Shown piece by piece: positions 1 to 18,200 of a stretch of 64,000 bases of DNA (position 1 is its first letter; each line of letters opens with the position of its first letter). The DNA comes from Eledone cirrhosa (Eukaryota). Where the stretch lies: contig OZ024745.1 of the NCBI GenBank assembly GCA_964016885.1, positions 109,616,001-109,680,000 on the forward strand, given 5' to 3'. The translations under genes and the position numbers were made by a program. The notes under the pieces were generated by a model. The model made no database searches and was not told the DNA's origin. It saw nothing but the letters and a program-made list of their open reading frames with translations.

Positions 1-117
1 GATGATTTATAAGTGCCCACCTAAATATATTCTTACATGAATATATATTAGGCTTCTAGATAAACTGGAAACATTCTCCCAACTTGTAGAAAACTTATAA
101 TGAAACAATTGTTTGGA
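1..117 (+). ncRNA. Type I hammerhead ribozyme candidate truncated by the window start
   Basis: GATGA at 1-5 (the CT of CTGATGA would lie just outside the window); helix II ttataagt(7-14)/acttataa(93-100) with a long loop; GAAA 102-105; palindromic helix III A-caattg-T followed by T. Helix I cannot be checked. Confidence 0.5.
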
Positions 118-297
118 AAGAGATATACTTTAACTTTAATTATATCTCATAAAATAATACAACTAGCTTTTCCACATTATACATATTGTTAGCACCCCAA
201 ACACTAAAATTGGGTTTATATTTAAATATAACCTAATGTTTGTTGAGTGAGATGGTTACCAGTCAGAGTTTAGTTTTAAACTATCTCTGTTATTGTA

Positions 298-329
<32 letters not shown>

Positions 330-330
330 T

Positions 331-835
331 TAGGTTTGAAGGTTCACCACTGGATAGAGCTGGTCAATTCCGTATGGTCAATCTTGATGTAATAATATGG
401 AGAGTACTCAACGTAAAGCAGCTCAACAGTCTTCGTTTGTGTAGTTGGTGGTGCGAGTATGGAGCTAAATATTATAATAAAATAACAGGAGGCTGGACTT
501 GTGTAAATCCTTGAAAGGTTTATTATACTATGATCATTTCAATGACCGGGTTCCGTATGAATCCGGTGACATCATCAGGTATTCGAAATATAATAAATGA
601 ATGTAACAGATAAAATCCATGGGGCTGAAAATCATAGATCTCTGGACGACCGACCATCTAGCATCTTCCACTTTAGCCGGTCGCCCTCAAGTGCTGGCCA
701 TTCGGTCAACTAAAGGCTATCTTGTGAGGGGGCGAAAGCTTATAATGTGCTACTAACCTCCCGGTCAAAGAGAAAAAAAGACAGAAAGAAAGAAGAAAAC
801 TCAGCATTAATGTCATGCTACAATCAGGCTAGGAA
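331..835 (-). mobile_element. Non-coding HHR-bearing module (PLE pseudo-LTR-like) between (TA)n tracts
   Basis: Bounded by TA repeats; 331-537 is homologous to 49990-50195; contains the HHR at 525-582. Confidence 0.6.
525..582 (-). ncRNA. Type I hammerhead ribozyme, palindromic helix III (AUGAUCAU)
   Basis: Minus strand: atac-CTGATGA-tgtcaccggattcatacggaacccggtcatt-GAAA-tgatca-TA-gtat. Helix I atac/gtat; helix II accgg(a.c)ttc/gaa(c)ccggt with an imperfect base; AUA cleavage triplet. Confidence 0.7.
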
Positions 836-865
836 TATATATATATATACATACATATATATATA

Positions 866-937
<72 letters not shown>

Positions 938-1079
938 TTTAATTTAGCATACGGTATATTGCCAAATATACTATACATACATTCATATATATACATATTT
1001 ATATATACATATTTATATATACATATTTATATATATATATTTATATATACATATTTATATATATATGTATATATGATGA

Positions 1080-1138
<59 letters not shown>

Positions 1139-1146
1139 TATGTATA

Positions 1147-1204
<58 letters not shown>

Positions 1205-1270
1205 TATATATATACATATTTATACATACACATATATATATAAATATTTATATGTGTATGTATATATATG

Positions 1271-1315
<45 letters not shown>

Positions 1316-1580
1316 ATATATACATATACACATAAGCACACACACCTACACATGCATGTATATACACACACACACACACACACACAAAGTACATGTCCCA
1401 TTTCTTTCGGATTTGAATGTTTAATTGTTGTTTCATGTATGGGACACTTAGTTTCATGTCGGTGTGTGTATGTGTATGTTCCAGTGTATATGACAATGTG
1501 TGTCTGTGTGTGTGTATGTGTGTATGTGTGTGTGTGTGTATGTGTGTGTCTGTGTGTGTGTGTGTATGTGTGTGTGCACC
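836..1580. repeat. (TA)n/(CA)n/(TG)n compound microsatellite
   Basis: Dinucleotide runs seen directly. Confidence 0.9.
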
Positions 1581-1734
1581 TGTACATGAATGAGATGTGT
1601 ATTTATGAGATATGTAACACACCCTCCTCACATAATAATAGATTGAGTGTGCTGCATAAAAACAAAACAGACAAAAAAAAAAACAGCAGCTTTATGACAA
1701 TAAATGAAAGTGAGATGTGGGAAGGACAAAGGGA

Positions 1735-1780
1735 GGTGGTGGTGGTGGTGGTGTTGGTGGTGGTGGTGGTGTTGTTGTTG

Positions 1781-1812
<32 letters not shown>

Positions 1813-1846
1813 GTTGGTGGTGTTGGTGGTGTTGGTGGTGGTGGTG

Positions 1847-1878
<32 letters not shown>

Positions 1879-1933
1879 GTTGGTGGTGTTGTTGGTGGTG
1901 GTGGTGGTGTTGGTGGTGTTGGTGGTGGTGGTG

Positions 1934-1965
<32 letters not shown>

Positions 1966-2026
1966 GTTGGTGGTGTTGTTGGTGGTGGTGGTGGTGTTGG
2001 TGGTGTTGGTGGTGGTGGTGGTGTTG

Positions 2027-2058
<32 letters not shown>

Positions 2059-2089
2059 GGTGGTGGTGGTGTTGGTGGTGGTGGTGGTG

Positions 2090-2121
<32 letters not shown>

Positions 2122-2141
2122 GTTGGTGGTGGTGGTGTTGC

Positions 2142-2172
<31 letters not shown>

Positions 2173-3005
2173 GTTGTTGTTGTTGTTGTTGTTGGTGGTG
2201 GTGGTGTTGGTGGTGGTGGTGGTGGTGTTGGTGGTTGTGGTGTTGGTGGTGTTGTTGTTGGTGTTGTTGGTGGTGGTGGTGGTGGTGTTGGTGGTGTTGG
2301 TGGTTGTGGTGTTGGTGGTGGTGTTGTTGTTGGTGGTGGTGGTGTTGGTGGTGGTGGTGGTGGTGGTGGTGGTGGTGGTGTTGCTGGTGGTGGTGGTGTT
2401 GGCTGTGGTGGTGGTGTTGTTGGTGGTGGTAGTGTTGGTGGTGGTGGTGGTGGTAGGGGTTGTGATGCTGGTAGTTGGGGTGACATTGGTGGTAGAGGTA
2501 GATGTAGTGGTATTGGTGATGGTGATAGTAGTAGTGGTGGTGGTTGTTGTAGTGGTGGTTGTGATGCTGTCAGTCGGGGGTGACGGTGGTGGTGGTGGTG
2601 GTGATGGTTGTTGTGGTGGTGGTGATGGTAGTAGTAGTGGTGGTGGTTGTTGTTGCGGTGGTACTTATGATGGTGTCAGTCGGGGTGTATGGTGGTGGTG
2701 GTGATGGTGGTGGTGATGGTTGTTGTGGTGATGGGTGATGGTAGTAGTAGTGGTGGTTGTTGTTGTTGTGATGGTGTCAGTCGGGGGGGGGGTGACATCG
2801 GTGGTGGAGGTGGGGGTAATGGTGGTGATGGTGGTGGAGGTAATGGTGATGGTGGTGGTGGTGATAGTAGCAGTGGTGGTGGTTGTTGTTGTGATGGTGT
2901 CAGTCGGGGAGTGACGGTGGTGGTGGTGATGGTTGTTGTGGTGGTGGAGGTAATGGTGGTGGTGGTGGTGGTGGTGATGGTAGTAATGGTGGTGGTGGTG
3001 GTTGT
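1735..3005. repeat. (GGT)n/(GTT)n compound trinucleotide microsatellite
   Basis: Seen directly; gives homopolymer ORFs in several frames. Confidence 0.95.
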
Positions 3006-3169
3006 AACAACACACTGGCAATCAAGGAAATTGGTTTATATTTGAAACATGGTTATCAACAATCAACAATTCTTACTTAATGGTTTAAGCTGTGGTCATT
3101 GCTACAACCATTAAGTACTCGGAAACCTTATGTTTAACTTTGCTTCACTGATGGGGCTGGGGACAATTG

Positions 3170-3191
3170 GTGTGTGAATGTGTGTGTGTGC

Positions 3192-3274
<83 letters not shown>

Positions 3275-3391
3275 TATATCTACAAATATATATATATATA
3301 TATATGTCTATATATATGTCTATATATATATATATATATATACATGCCTTCATATATATATATATATACACGTCTACATATATATATGTAT

Positions 3392-3436
<45 letters not shown>

Positions 3437-3501
3437 CACGTCTACAGATATATATATATATATATATATATACATGTCTTCATATATATATACACGTCTA
3501 C

Positions 3502-3532
<31 letters not shown>

Positions 3533-3537
3533 TATAA

Positions 3538-3570
<33 letters not shown>

Positions 3571-3985
3571 TATATACACATGCACGTCTACAGATATATA
3601 TATATATATATGCATGTGTGTTCATGTATATGTGTTTGTGTGTCCTCGCCTGTGTGCGTGTCTCCTGTGGATGTTTGTGTCTGTCTGTATGTGTGTAGTA
3701 TGTGTGTGTGCGTGTGCGTGTGTGTGTGTGTGTGTTTCAAAGGAAAAGGTTTTAATTGTTTGAATTAGGGGCAGAGACGTTTGAAATTGGTTAGTAGGGG
3801 CAGGGTAGGGGGGCAAGGTTTGATTTTTTAATTGGTTGGTTCATTAGTTGTTGTTCTTGCATTTTCTCTTTGACTTCACACACACACACACACATACACA
3901 TACACATACATACACACACACATAGAAACACACACACACCCATACACACAAATACATACATACACCTACAAACAAACACACCCAC
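3170..3985. repeat. (TA)n/(TG)n/(CA)n microsatellite with a recurrent cacgtctaca motif
   Basis: Seen directly. Confidence 0.85.
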
Positions 3986-4388
3986 AGCCTAACTCTTTGC
4001 TCTATGTTGTTGATTCACTTTGACATCCATTCCATTGGTATGTGGTTGTGTGATGATTGGTTGTGTTGGTCATTCTAGGGGTACTTCTCTTATAACAATT
4101 CCCTCCATTCACAGTCACCGCACTATACTAACAGTGCCAGATTTTACCATTGTGTTTAGGTGTGCTTAAGCACAGGGCCCTGTTGCCCGGAGGGGACATC
4201 TTCCTGCCATAACATTTTTTTTACATTTACAATGAATTTTTCAAAGTAAGGGGCTTCATAACTTAATTAGCACAGGGTCTCATTTATCCTAACTCCAGCA
4301 ATGTATACTATCATCATTTATATCTATATATTATTTACATCTATATACTATTTACATCACATCTATATACTATTTACATCATCGTCTT

Positions 4389-4736
4389 CATCATCATCAT
4401 CATCATCATCGTTTTTACGTCCGCATTTCCCTGCTTGCAAGGGTGGGACGGGAACTGATTCTGGCTTGATTTTTACAGCTGGATGCCGTTCCTAACACCA
4501 ACCTCATTTACAGTGAGTGCTGGGTGCTTTTTTGCCGTGGCACCTCCACGACCACTTTGCAGTGGAATGATATGGACCCCAGTCCCTATCATCTCATTTC
4601 TACAGCTGAGTAAACTGGAGCAATTTGAAATAAAGTGTCTTGCTCAAGGAAACAACACATCACCCGGTCTGAGAATTGAACTCACAATCTTTCGATTGCA
4701 AGGCCAATGCTCTAACCACTAAGCCATGTGCCTCCA
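4389..4736 (-). mobile_element. SINE family A (tRNA head + CORE domain + RTE-derived tail), full length
   Basis: Minus strand: A box TGGCTTAGTGG, B box GAGTTCAATTC, CORE-like CCTTGAGCAAGACACTT...CAGTTTACTCAGCTGTAGAAATGAG (cf. MIR core), tail matching the RTE 3'UTR near 53443-53592, (GAT)n end. Confidence 0.85.
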
Positions 4737-5194
4737 TCATCATCATCATCATCATCAACGTTTAACGTCCGTGTTCCACGCTTGCATGGGTTTGGACGGG
4801 GGTAGTCCCACTTGAGGCAAGAGTGATTGTCTTGCTCGCATAGGACTGTCTGGCAGGTTTTCTACAGTTGGATGCCCTTCCTAACACCAACCACATTTAC
4901 AGTGTGGGTCTGGGAGGTTTTTACCGTGTTGCCTACACGGCCACATTACAGCGTGGACTGTGTGTTTTTTTGTCGTGACACCTACACGATCTCATTTGTT
5001 TCGGCCTCGATGGCGCGGCACCAACATAACTTTACATAGAACGGGGTGGTGTGGATCGGGTGGGGGTGGTGGTGGTGGGACGGGGTGTATTTTGTTAGAG
5101 ATGCCTACTGGCTGGAGTAGGTTTTACTATATATTTAGGTAAGGCGGGTCTTCTCTGTTACTGAGTACCGCCAAAGGTCTCGGTCCAGTGACAT
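4737..5194 (-). mobile_element. RTE LINE subfamily 2, 3' fragment
   Basis: Near-identical to 27832-28265 and 45533-45975; (ATC)n tail. Confidence 0.85.
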
Positions 5195-5869
5195 TTCCTC
5201 CATCTATATATTATTTACATCTGTATACTATTTACATCTGTATACTATTTACAACACATCTATATACTATTTACATCCCATCTATATACCATTTACATCT
5301 ATTTTCCATGCTTGCATGGGTTAGATAGGTTGTCACATTCTGAGAGTGGCACATGTCAAATGATTGTGTCTTACTCATATGTTGCATTCTGACATGGTTT
5401 CTATGGCTGGATGTCCTTCTTAATGCTAACCACATCCCAGAGTGTATCAGGTGTGGACTTATGGGTACTCATCTAAACATCTGAAATTAATGGACCTCAG
5501 TTGATTTTAATGGTCAGTCTTCCAGTTGTTTGGTTAACAGAACAGCCTGCTTGTGAATTAACAATAAAACAAGTGAGCTTTTCATAGATATATGCATCTC
5601 TTAATATAATTCTCAGGGGGATTCACCAAACTGGCCTTTTGAATTACAAGTACTGTCCATATGACAGGCTTCTAAACAGTCTCTGTCTACTCATAAGGCT
5701 TGGTAAATGACATTTGACCGAGATGACACACAATGGGATTAAATCCAGGACCTAATGATTGAAGAAGCAAACGTCTTAACCACTTGGCCATGCTGCAGCA
5801 CCACACTCATTCTCATACACAAGTATATGGCATAGTCCCTCATTCATTCTGTCTGCCTGCCTGCCCAAC

Positions 5870-6413
5870 ACATCATCAACACCATCTTCTATACCACCAT
5901 CACCATCACAACAAACACTACTGCTACAACCACCATCGTTACCATCACCAGCACCACCATTATCTATAACACCATCGCCACCATTATCACCACCACCACT
6001 ACCATCACATCATCCCCACCACCACCACCACTTCAAATCACATCATCCCCACCACCACCACCACTACCATCACATCATCCCCACCACCACCACCACCACC
6101 ACCACCACCACCACCACCACCATCCCCACCACCACCACCACCACCACTACAAATCACATCATCCCCACCACCACCACCACCACCACCATCACTACAAACA
6201 CCTCCACTACAATAACAACCATCACAACATCACCACCATTAAAACCACTGCCACCAACACCATTATTACCACCTACCACCACGGCCATCATCACCACCAC
6301 CACCACCACCACTACCACTACAACCACCAGCACCACCATCATCATCATCACTACAACAACTGTCACCACTAAAACCATCACCACCATCACCACCATCACC
6401 ACCACAAGTGCCA
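5870..6413. repeat. (CAC)n-rich low-complexity tract
   Basis: Seen directly. Confidence 0.85.
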
Positions 6414-6415
6414 TC

Positions 6416-6604
6416 GTGGACTGGCAGTATTGGTAGAGGGTCGGACGCCATGCTTTGACGCATAGAGTTACGACCCTTGCCATTCTGAGTTCAAATCCCG
6501 CCGAGGTTAACTTTGCCTTTCATCCTTACAGGGTCGATAAAATAAAGTACCAGTAATGCACTGGGATAATTGCTGGCCTTGTGCCAAAAGTAGAAACAAT
6601 TATT
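6416..6604 (+). mobile_element. SINE family B (~190-bp tRNA-derived SINE)
   Basis: A-box-like TGGCAGTATTGGTAG, B box GAGTTCAAATCCC, central GCCTTTCATCCTTACAGGGTCGATAAAATAAAGTACCAG, (ATT)n-like tail; more than 25 copies in the window. Confidence 0.85.
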
Positions 6605-6717
6605 ACAAACACCATCATCATCACTACAACAACTGTCACCACTAAAACCACCACCACCACCACCACCACCACCACCACAAATGCCACCATTACTACAACC
6701 ACCATCATTATAATAAT

Positions 6718-6910
6718 AATAATTGTTTCTACTTTTGGCACAAGGCCAGCAATTACTCAGTGTATTACTGGTACTTTATTTTATCGACCCCATAAGGATG
6801 AAAGGCAAAGTTAACCTCGGCGGGATTTGAACTCAGAATGGCAAGGGCCGTAACTCTATGCGTCAAAGCATGGCGTCCGACTCTCTACCGATACTGCCAA
6901 TCCACCACCC

Positions 6911-6942
<32 letters not shown>

Positions 6943-7113
6943 TGTTTCTACTTTAGGCACAAGGCCAGCAATTACCCAGTACATTACTGGTACTTTATTT
7001 TATCGACCCCGTAAGGATGAAAGGCAAAGTCAACCTCGGCGGGATTTGAACTCAGATCATAAAGGGAAGTAACTATGCTGGAAAGCATGTCCGACCCTCT
7101 ACCGATACTGCCA
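6718..7113 (-). mobile_element. Two tandem SINE family B copies (6718-6910, 6938-7113)
   Basis: Reverse complement of the family B sequence, separated by (AAT)n. Confidence 0.85.
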
Positions 7114-7114
7114 A

Positions 7115-7195
7115 TTATAATGAAATATTGTGTACAGTGCTCAGGTGCACTACAACTCATCAAAAAGTGTATGCATAGTACATAGGGTAATGTAC
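7115..7195 (-). mobile_element. CR1-like LINE 3' end fragment
   Basis: gtgctcaggtgcactacaactc is shared with the CR1-like tails at ~24615-24640 and ~38722-38750. Confidence 0.6.
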
Positions 7196-7509
7196 CACTA
7201 CCATCACTGCAGCCTCCATAGACACCTCCACCTTAACTACCATCCCATTATTCCAGGCCTGACCACTTATACAGTCCAACATTTACTTTGATTTCATCAT
7301 CCAGACACCACCCACTGCCATCTACACCACCAACACCACCACACAACCACCACCCACACCACCACCAACACCACCCCATCCCACCCCCACCACACCTACC
7401 ACCCCCACCACATCTACCACACCCACTACATCTACCACACCCACTGCTATCCCACCATAACTTCCCAAGTTGACTGTCAACACTCATCAATGAATCATTG
7501 AAATATATA

Positions 7510-11930
<4,421 letters not shown>

Positions 11931-12240
11931 AACAGCTAAATCTCCCTCAAATCACATTCTACCATCTTAAAAACAAAACCAAATCAAACAAAACAATGGC
12001 AGGACACATTGGATCATTTTGTTCCAGATTACAGAGAAAACAAAAGAAAGAAACAAACATGAAGATTATATAGCTGCACCGTCTTTGATTATAGATAGGC
12101 CTGCTTGATCAGAGTTGACCTGGGGCTAAACAGCAGCAACAATAACAGCATCAACAACAACCATTATCACTACCCTCACAAGCAGTACTAGTATTTACCA
12201 CCAGAAATCCACCTAGAAACCATAAACTGACCAACAAACC

Positions 12241-13330
12241 AGCCATCAGATGACAGGACTAACCAGCCAACCACACATCCGACCAGCTAACCATCTGACC
12301 AGCCAACCAGCCAACCAACCAACCATCAGATGACAGGACTAACCAGCCAACCACACATCCGACCAGCTAACCATCTGACCAGCCAACCAGCCAACCAACC
12401 AACCATCAGATGACAGGACTAACCAGCCAACCACACATCCGACCAACTAACCATCTGACCAGCCAACCAGCCAACCAACCAACCATCAGATGACAGGACT
12501 AACCAGCCAACCACACATCCGACCAACTAACCATCTGACCAGCCAACCAGCCAACCAACCAACCATCAGATGACAGGACTAACCAGCCAACCACACATCC
12601 GACCAACTAACCAACTGACCAGCCAACCAGCCAACCAACCATCAGATGACAGGACTAACCAGCCAACCACACATCCGACCAACTAACCATCTGACCAGCC
12701 AACCAGCCAACCAACCAACCATCAGATGACAGGACTAACCAGCCAACCACACATCCGACCAACTAACCATCTGACCAGCCAACCAGCCAACCAACCAACC
12801 ATCAGATGACAGGACTAACCAGCCAACCACACATCCGACCAACTAACCATCTGACCAGCCAACCAGCCAACCAACCATCAGATGACAGGAATAACCAGCC
12901 AACCACACATCCGACCAACTAACCATCTGACCAGCCAACCAACCATCAGATGACAGGACCAACCAGCCAACCACCCATCCGACCAACTAACCAACTGACC
13001 AGCCAACCAACCATCAGATGACAGGAATAACCAGCCAACCACACATCCGACCAACTAACCATCTGACCAGCCAACCAACCATCAGATGACAGGACCAACC
13101 AGCCAACCACCCATCCGACCAACTAACCAACTGACCAGCCAACCAACCATCAGATGACAGGACCAACCAGCCAACCACCCATCCGACCAACTAACCATCT
13201 GACCAGCCAACCAACCATCAGATGACAGGACTAACCAGCCAACCACCCATCCGACCAACTAACCATCCGACCAACTAACCATCTGACCAGCTAACCAACC
13301 ATCAGATCACAGGACTAACCAGCCAAGCAC
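12241..13330. repeat. Minisatellite, 80-bp unit shrinking to 76 and 68 bp
   Basis: aaccatcagatgacagg recurs at 12321, 12401, 12481, 12561, then with shorter periods. Confidence 0.95.
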
Positions 13331-14805
13331 CCAACCATCCAACAGATGGCCAATCAACCACCCCAACCATCAGAACAACCTCCCATCCAAACAACACACC
13401 AACCAAGCAATGGGCCAACCCAACCATGCAACAGACCAGCCAATGGACCACTCCAACCCTCAGAACAACCTCCCACCCAACCAATACACTAACTAACCAG
13501 CCAATGGACCAATCCAACCATCAGAACAACCACCGAACCAACACACCAACCAGCCAGCCAAGCAATGGACTAACCCAACCATGCAACAGACCAGCCAATG
13601 GACCAACCCAACCCTCAGAACAACCACCCATCCAACAGAGACCAGCCAGCCAAGCAATGGACCAACCCAACCATCAGAACAACCACCCAACCAGTAGAGA
13701 CCAACCAGCCAGCCAAGCAATGGACCAACCCAACCATCAGAACAACCACCCAACCAGTAGAGACCAACCAGCCAGCCAGCCAAGCAATGGACCAACCCAA
13801 CCATCAGCACAACCACCCATCCAACAGAGACCAGCCAGCCAAGCAATGGACCAACCCAAACATCAGAACAACCACCCAACCGGTAGAGACCAACCAGCCA
13901 GCCAGCCAAGTAATGGACCAACCCAACCATCAGAACAACCACCCAACCGGTAGAGACCAACCAGCCAGCCAGCCAAGCAATGGACCAACCCAACCATCAG
14001 AACAACCACCCAACCGGTAGAGACCAACCAGCCAGCCAGCCAAGCAATGGACCAACCCAACCATCAGAACAACCACCCAACCAGTACAGACCAACCAGCC
14101 AGCCAAGCAATGGACCAACCCAACTATCAGCACAACCACCCATCCAACAGAGACCAGCCAGCCAAGCAATGGACCAACCCAACCATCAGAACAACCACCC
14201 AACCAGTAGAGACCAACCAACCAGCCAGCCAAGCAATGGACCAACCCAACCATCAGAACAACCACCCAACCAGTGCAGACCAAACAGCCAGCCAGCCAGC
14301 CAAGCAATGGACCAACCCAACCATCAGAACAACCACCCAACCAGTAGAGACCAACCAACCAGCCAGCCAAGCAATGGACCAACCCAACCATCAGAACAAC
14401 CACCCAACCAGTACAGACCAAACAGCCAGCCAAGCAATGGACCAACCCAACCATCAGAACAACCACCCAACCAGTAGAGACCAACCAACCAGCCAGCCAA
14501 GCAATGGACCAACCCAACCATCAGAACAACCACCCAACCAGTACAGACCAAACAGCCAGCCAGCCAGCCAAGCAATGGACCAACCCAACCATCAGAACAA
14601 CCACCCAACCGGTAGAGACCAACCAGCCAGCCAGCCAAGCAATGGACCAACCCAACCATCAGAACAACCACCCAACCAGTACAGACCAAACAGCCAGCCA
14701 GCCAGCCAAGCAATGGACCAACCCAACCATCAGAACAACCACCCAACCAGTACAGACCAAACAACCAGCCAGCCAGCCAAGCAATGGACCAACCCAACCA
14801 TCCAG
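13330..14805. repeat. Minisatellite, ~59-71-bp unit (gcaatggaccaacccaaccatcagaacaaccacccaaccagtagagacc...)
   Basis: About 20 tandem units with a variable number of (CCAG) blocks. Confidence 0.95.
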
Positions 14806-14964
14806 CCACTAATCTACCCCCCCACTCCACCCTCACATTACTCCCTCTTTTGTTAGTTGCTGTTGTTTTGCTACACAGTCGGAGGTTTGGGACAACTTAT
14901 TTCAAATGTACACAAACATTTATTGATTCAACAGGCTGGAGATATCTCCAAACCACTGATTTAT

Positions 14965-15742
14965 GTTGTTACTGCTGCTGTTGTTGTTGTTGTTGATATA
15001 GTTGTTGTTGTTAGTGCTGCTGCTGTTGTTGTTGTTGCTGTTGCTGTTGTTATTGTTGTTGCTGTTGCTGCTGTTGTTGTTGTTGTTGCTGTTGTTATTG
15101 TTGTTGCTGTTGCTGCTGTTGTTGTTGTTGTTACTGCTGTTGTTGTTATTGTTGTTGCTGTTGTTGTTGTTGTTGCTGTTGCTGCTGTTGTTGTTGTTGC
15201 TGTTGCTGTTGTTGTCATTGCTATTATTGTTGTTGTTACTGCTTCTGTTGTTGTCGTCGTTGCCGTTGCTGTTGTTGTTGTTGTTGTTGTTGCTGTTGTT
15301 GTTGCTGTTGTTGTTGTTGTTGTTGTTGCTGTTGCTGTTGTTGTTGTTGTTGTTGTTGTTGTTGCTGTTGCTGTTGTTGTTGTCATTGCTGTTGTTGTTG
15401 TTTGTCAATACAATTGAGACTTTTAAATAGTTTTGTTAGCTGGCTGACTATTTCTTTATGGACTCAATTGTTTTTGTGGTGGTGGTGGTGGTGGTGATGG
15501 TCACGGTGGTGGCAGTGGTAGTGGTGGTGGTGGTGGTGGCAGTGGTAGTGATGTTGGTGGTGGTGGTGGTGGCAGTGGTAGTGATGTTGGTGGTGGTGGT
15601 GGTGGCAGTGGTAGTGATGTTGGTGGTGGTGGTGGTGGTGGTGATGTTGATGGTGGTGTTGGTGGTAGTGGTGTAATTGGTGGTGATGTTTGTAATTGAG
15701 GGGGGGGGGTAGTGATGATGATGGTGGTGGCAGTGGTAGTGA

Positions 15743-15794
<52 letters not shown>

Positions 15795-16099
15795 GGTGGT
15801 GGTGGTGGTGGTGGCAGTGGTAGTGATGTTGGTGGTGGTGTTGGTGGTAGTGGTGTAATTGGTGGTGATGTTTGTAATTGGAAGGGGGGGAGGGGTGATA
15901 GTGATGATGGTGGTGGTGACAGTTGTAATGATATTGATGGTGGTGGTGGTGGTGGTGGTGGTGGTTCTGATGATGGTGGTGGTAGAGGTGGCAGTAGTTG
16001 TGATAATGGTGGTAGTTGTGGTTGCAGTGAAAAGTAGAGATGCTGATGGTAATTGTAGTGGTGATAATGGTGGAGACAAGGATAAATGTGTTGTTGTTG

Positions 16100-16131
<32 letters not shown>

Positions 16132-16175
16132 GGTGGTGGTGGTGGTGGTGGTGGTGGTGGTGGTGGTGGTGGTTG
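14965..16175. repeat. (GTT/GCT)n and (GGT)n microsatellites
   Basis: Seen directly. Confidence 0.9.
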
Positions 16176-16567
16176 ATCCCTTATTCTGAAGCCAGGACTG
16201 TTGTATTTATTTCCATATTCTTCCTTATCAAGAATCCAATTCTTCACTGGCATCATCACCATCATCACCAAGGCTGCCACCATAGATCTATACTTGGTCA
16301 GCATCCTTCACAACTACACGACAACCATCCACCACACATGAATGATCACATCATCATCCTCCAGCATCCACCCCTATTCAAGAAATCTCTCTCTCACTCT
16401 CCCTCTTTCTCTCCCTGCTGTCTCTTACAATCTCTGCAATCCCATAAAACCTTAGAAAGCCACCATCTAAAGATAGCCTCTATATGGTTATTAGAGCATC
16501 TAGAAATAACAGTCAAATCTACCTCAAGTTACATCTCTAAAGGTTTCTAAAGGTTTACTCATTATTG

Positions 16568-16669
16568 AAGTTAACTTTGCCTTTCATCCTTACGGGGTCA
16601 ATAAAATAAAATACCAGTAATGCACTGGGATAATTGCTGGCCATGTGCCGAAAGTAGAAACAATTATTA
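16568..16669 (+). mobile_element. SINE family B, 3' half
   Basis: gttaactttgcctttcatcc...gtagaaacaattatt. Confidence 0.8.
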
Positions 16670-17290
16670 ATTTGCCTTTAGTTTAGTGAGAGAACTTTAT
16701 TCCACATGCCACCACCATCGACAGAGAGTTGGCTACCCGCAGGTGTGAGCCTCATGAACGGGAATGGCCCTTCCAGCATGTCTCCCCACCATTCACCATC
16801 CTCCGAAGGGAAATGCCTTCTTTTTTCTGTCCGCGAGGGCCGAGGGTGAGCCATCACAAGGGCCCCCATTTGCTCATAATAGTGAAAGATGAGGATAACA
16901 GGAGAGACGGAGGCAGTGACAGTGGGAGTTTGGTTTCTTTGTGTTCGAACCTGATGTATATTTATGTTTCACGTACACACTCTCACATTGAGGCAATTTA
17001 ATTTGTTATTTAACCACTGGTTTAAGACAAGTACTGACTTGACCATAACCATAAATGAAACTTAAGGGTCAGTCAGCTTCGTGGTCCAGGCAGATAGGTT
17101 GGAGAAGACATTGCCCCAGGCTAACTTCATAAAAATAGAAGACACCTTGTATACTGTAGTTTTAAGATAAAATGCCTGAATACCACAAGGCCAGAATTTC
17201 ATTTGATCATAGATCTGTTTAGAACCAGAGTCAATCTGAAGTTAAACAACATCAACAACATTTAGTATTAAGATATAGTGTCTGAATATA

Positions 17291-17651
17291 ATAAACCTAC
17301 TACAGTCAGTAGGCACCTCTAACAAAATACACTTCCGTCCCACTACCCCCACCCCATCCACACCACCCCTTCCTATGTAAAGTTATGTTGGTACCACAAC
17401 ATCCAGTCTGAAACAAATGAGGTCGTGTAGGTGTTACGACAAAAAAACACACAGTCCACGCTGTAATGTGGCCTTGTAGGTAACACTGTAAAAACCTCCC
17501 AGGCCACACTGTAAATGTGGTTGGTGTTAGGAAGGGCATCCAGCCGTAGAAAACCCGCCAGACAGTCCTATACGAGCAAGACAACCACTCTTGCCTCAAG
17601 TGGGAAAACTCCCGTCCAAACCCATGCGAGCGTGGAATATGGACGTTAAAC

Positions 17652-17683
<32 letters not shown>
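17291..17683 (+). mobile_element. RTE subfamily 2 3'UTR with (GAT)n tail
   Basis: Reverse-complement homologue of 4737-5125; homologous to 30601-30984. Confidence 0.8.
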
Positions 17684-17779
17684 GGATCTTGCTCAAGGAC
17701 ACAACACACTGCCAAGGATCAAACTCAGGATCTTAGAATTATGAACAGAGCACACTAACCACTAAGCCACATGCCTTCA

Positions 17780-18200
17780 CATGTCAGTATGTCAGTATGT
17801 ATGTACGAATGTCTGTATGTATGCATGTGTGTATGTGTGTATGTGTGTAGTATGTCTGTATATGTCAGTATGTATGTATGCGTATATGTGTGTGTGTGTA
17901 TGTATGCATGTGTGTATGCATGTATATATGCATGCATGACTGTATGAATATATGCATGTATGTATGTATGCATGCATGCATGTATGCATGTATGCATGCA
18001 TGACTATGTATGTATGTATGCATGTATTGACTATGTATGTATGTATGCATGTATGCATGTATGTATATATGTATGTATGCATGTATGTATATATGTATGT
18101 ATATATGTATGTATGCATGTATGTATATATGTATGTATATATGTAGGTATATATGTATGTATATATGTATGTATATATGTATGTATATATGTGTGTCTAC
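17780..18200. repeat. (TATG)n/(TGCA) microsatellite
   Basis: Seen directly. Confidence 0.9.

Noticed and set aside
12241-14856. CRISPR-like or coding interpretation of the arrays
   Set aside because: No unique spacers and no cas genes; unit lengths vary by 4 bp and break frame.
15967-15973. CTGATGA match
   Set aside because: Lies in a GGT/GAT microsatellite with no helices.
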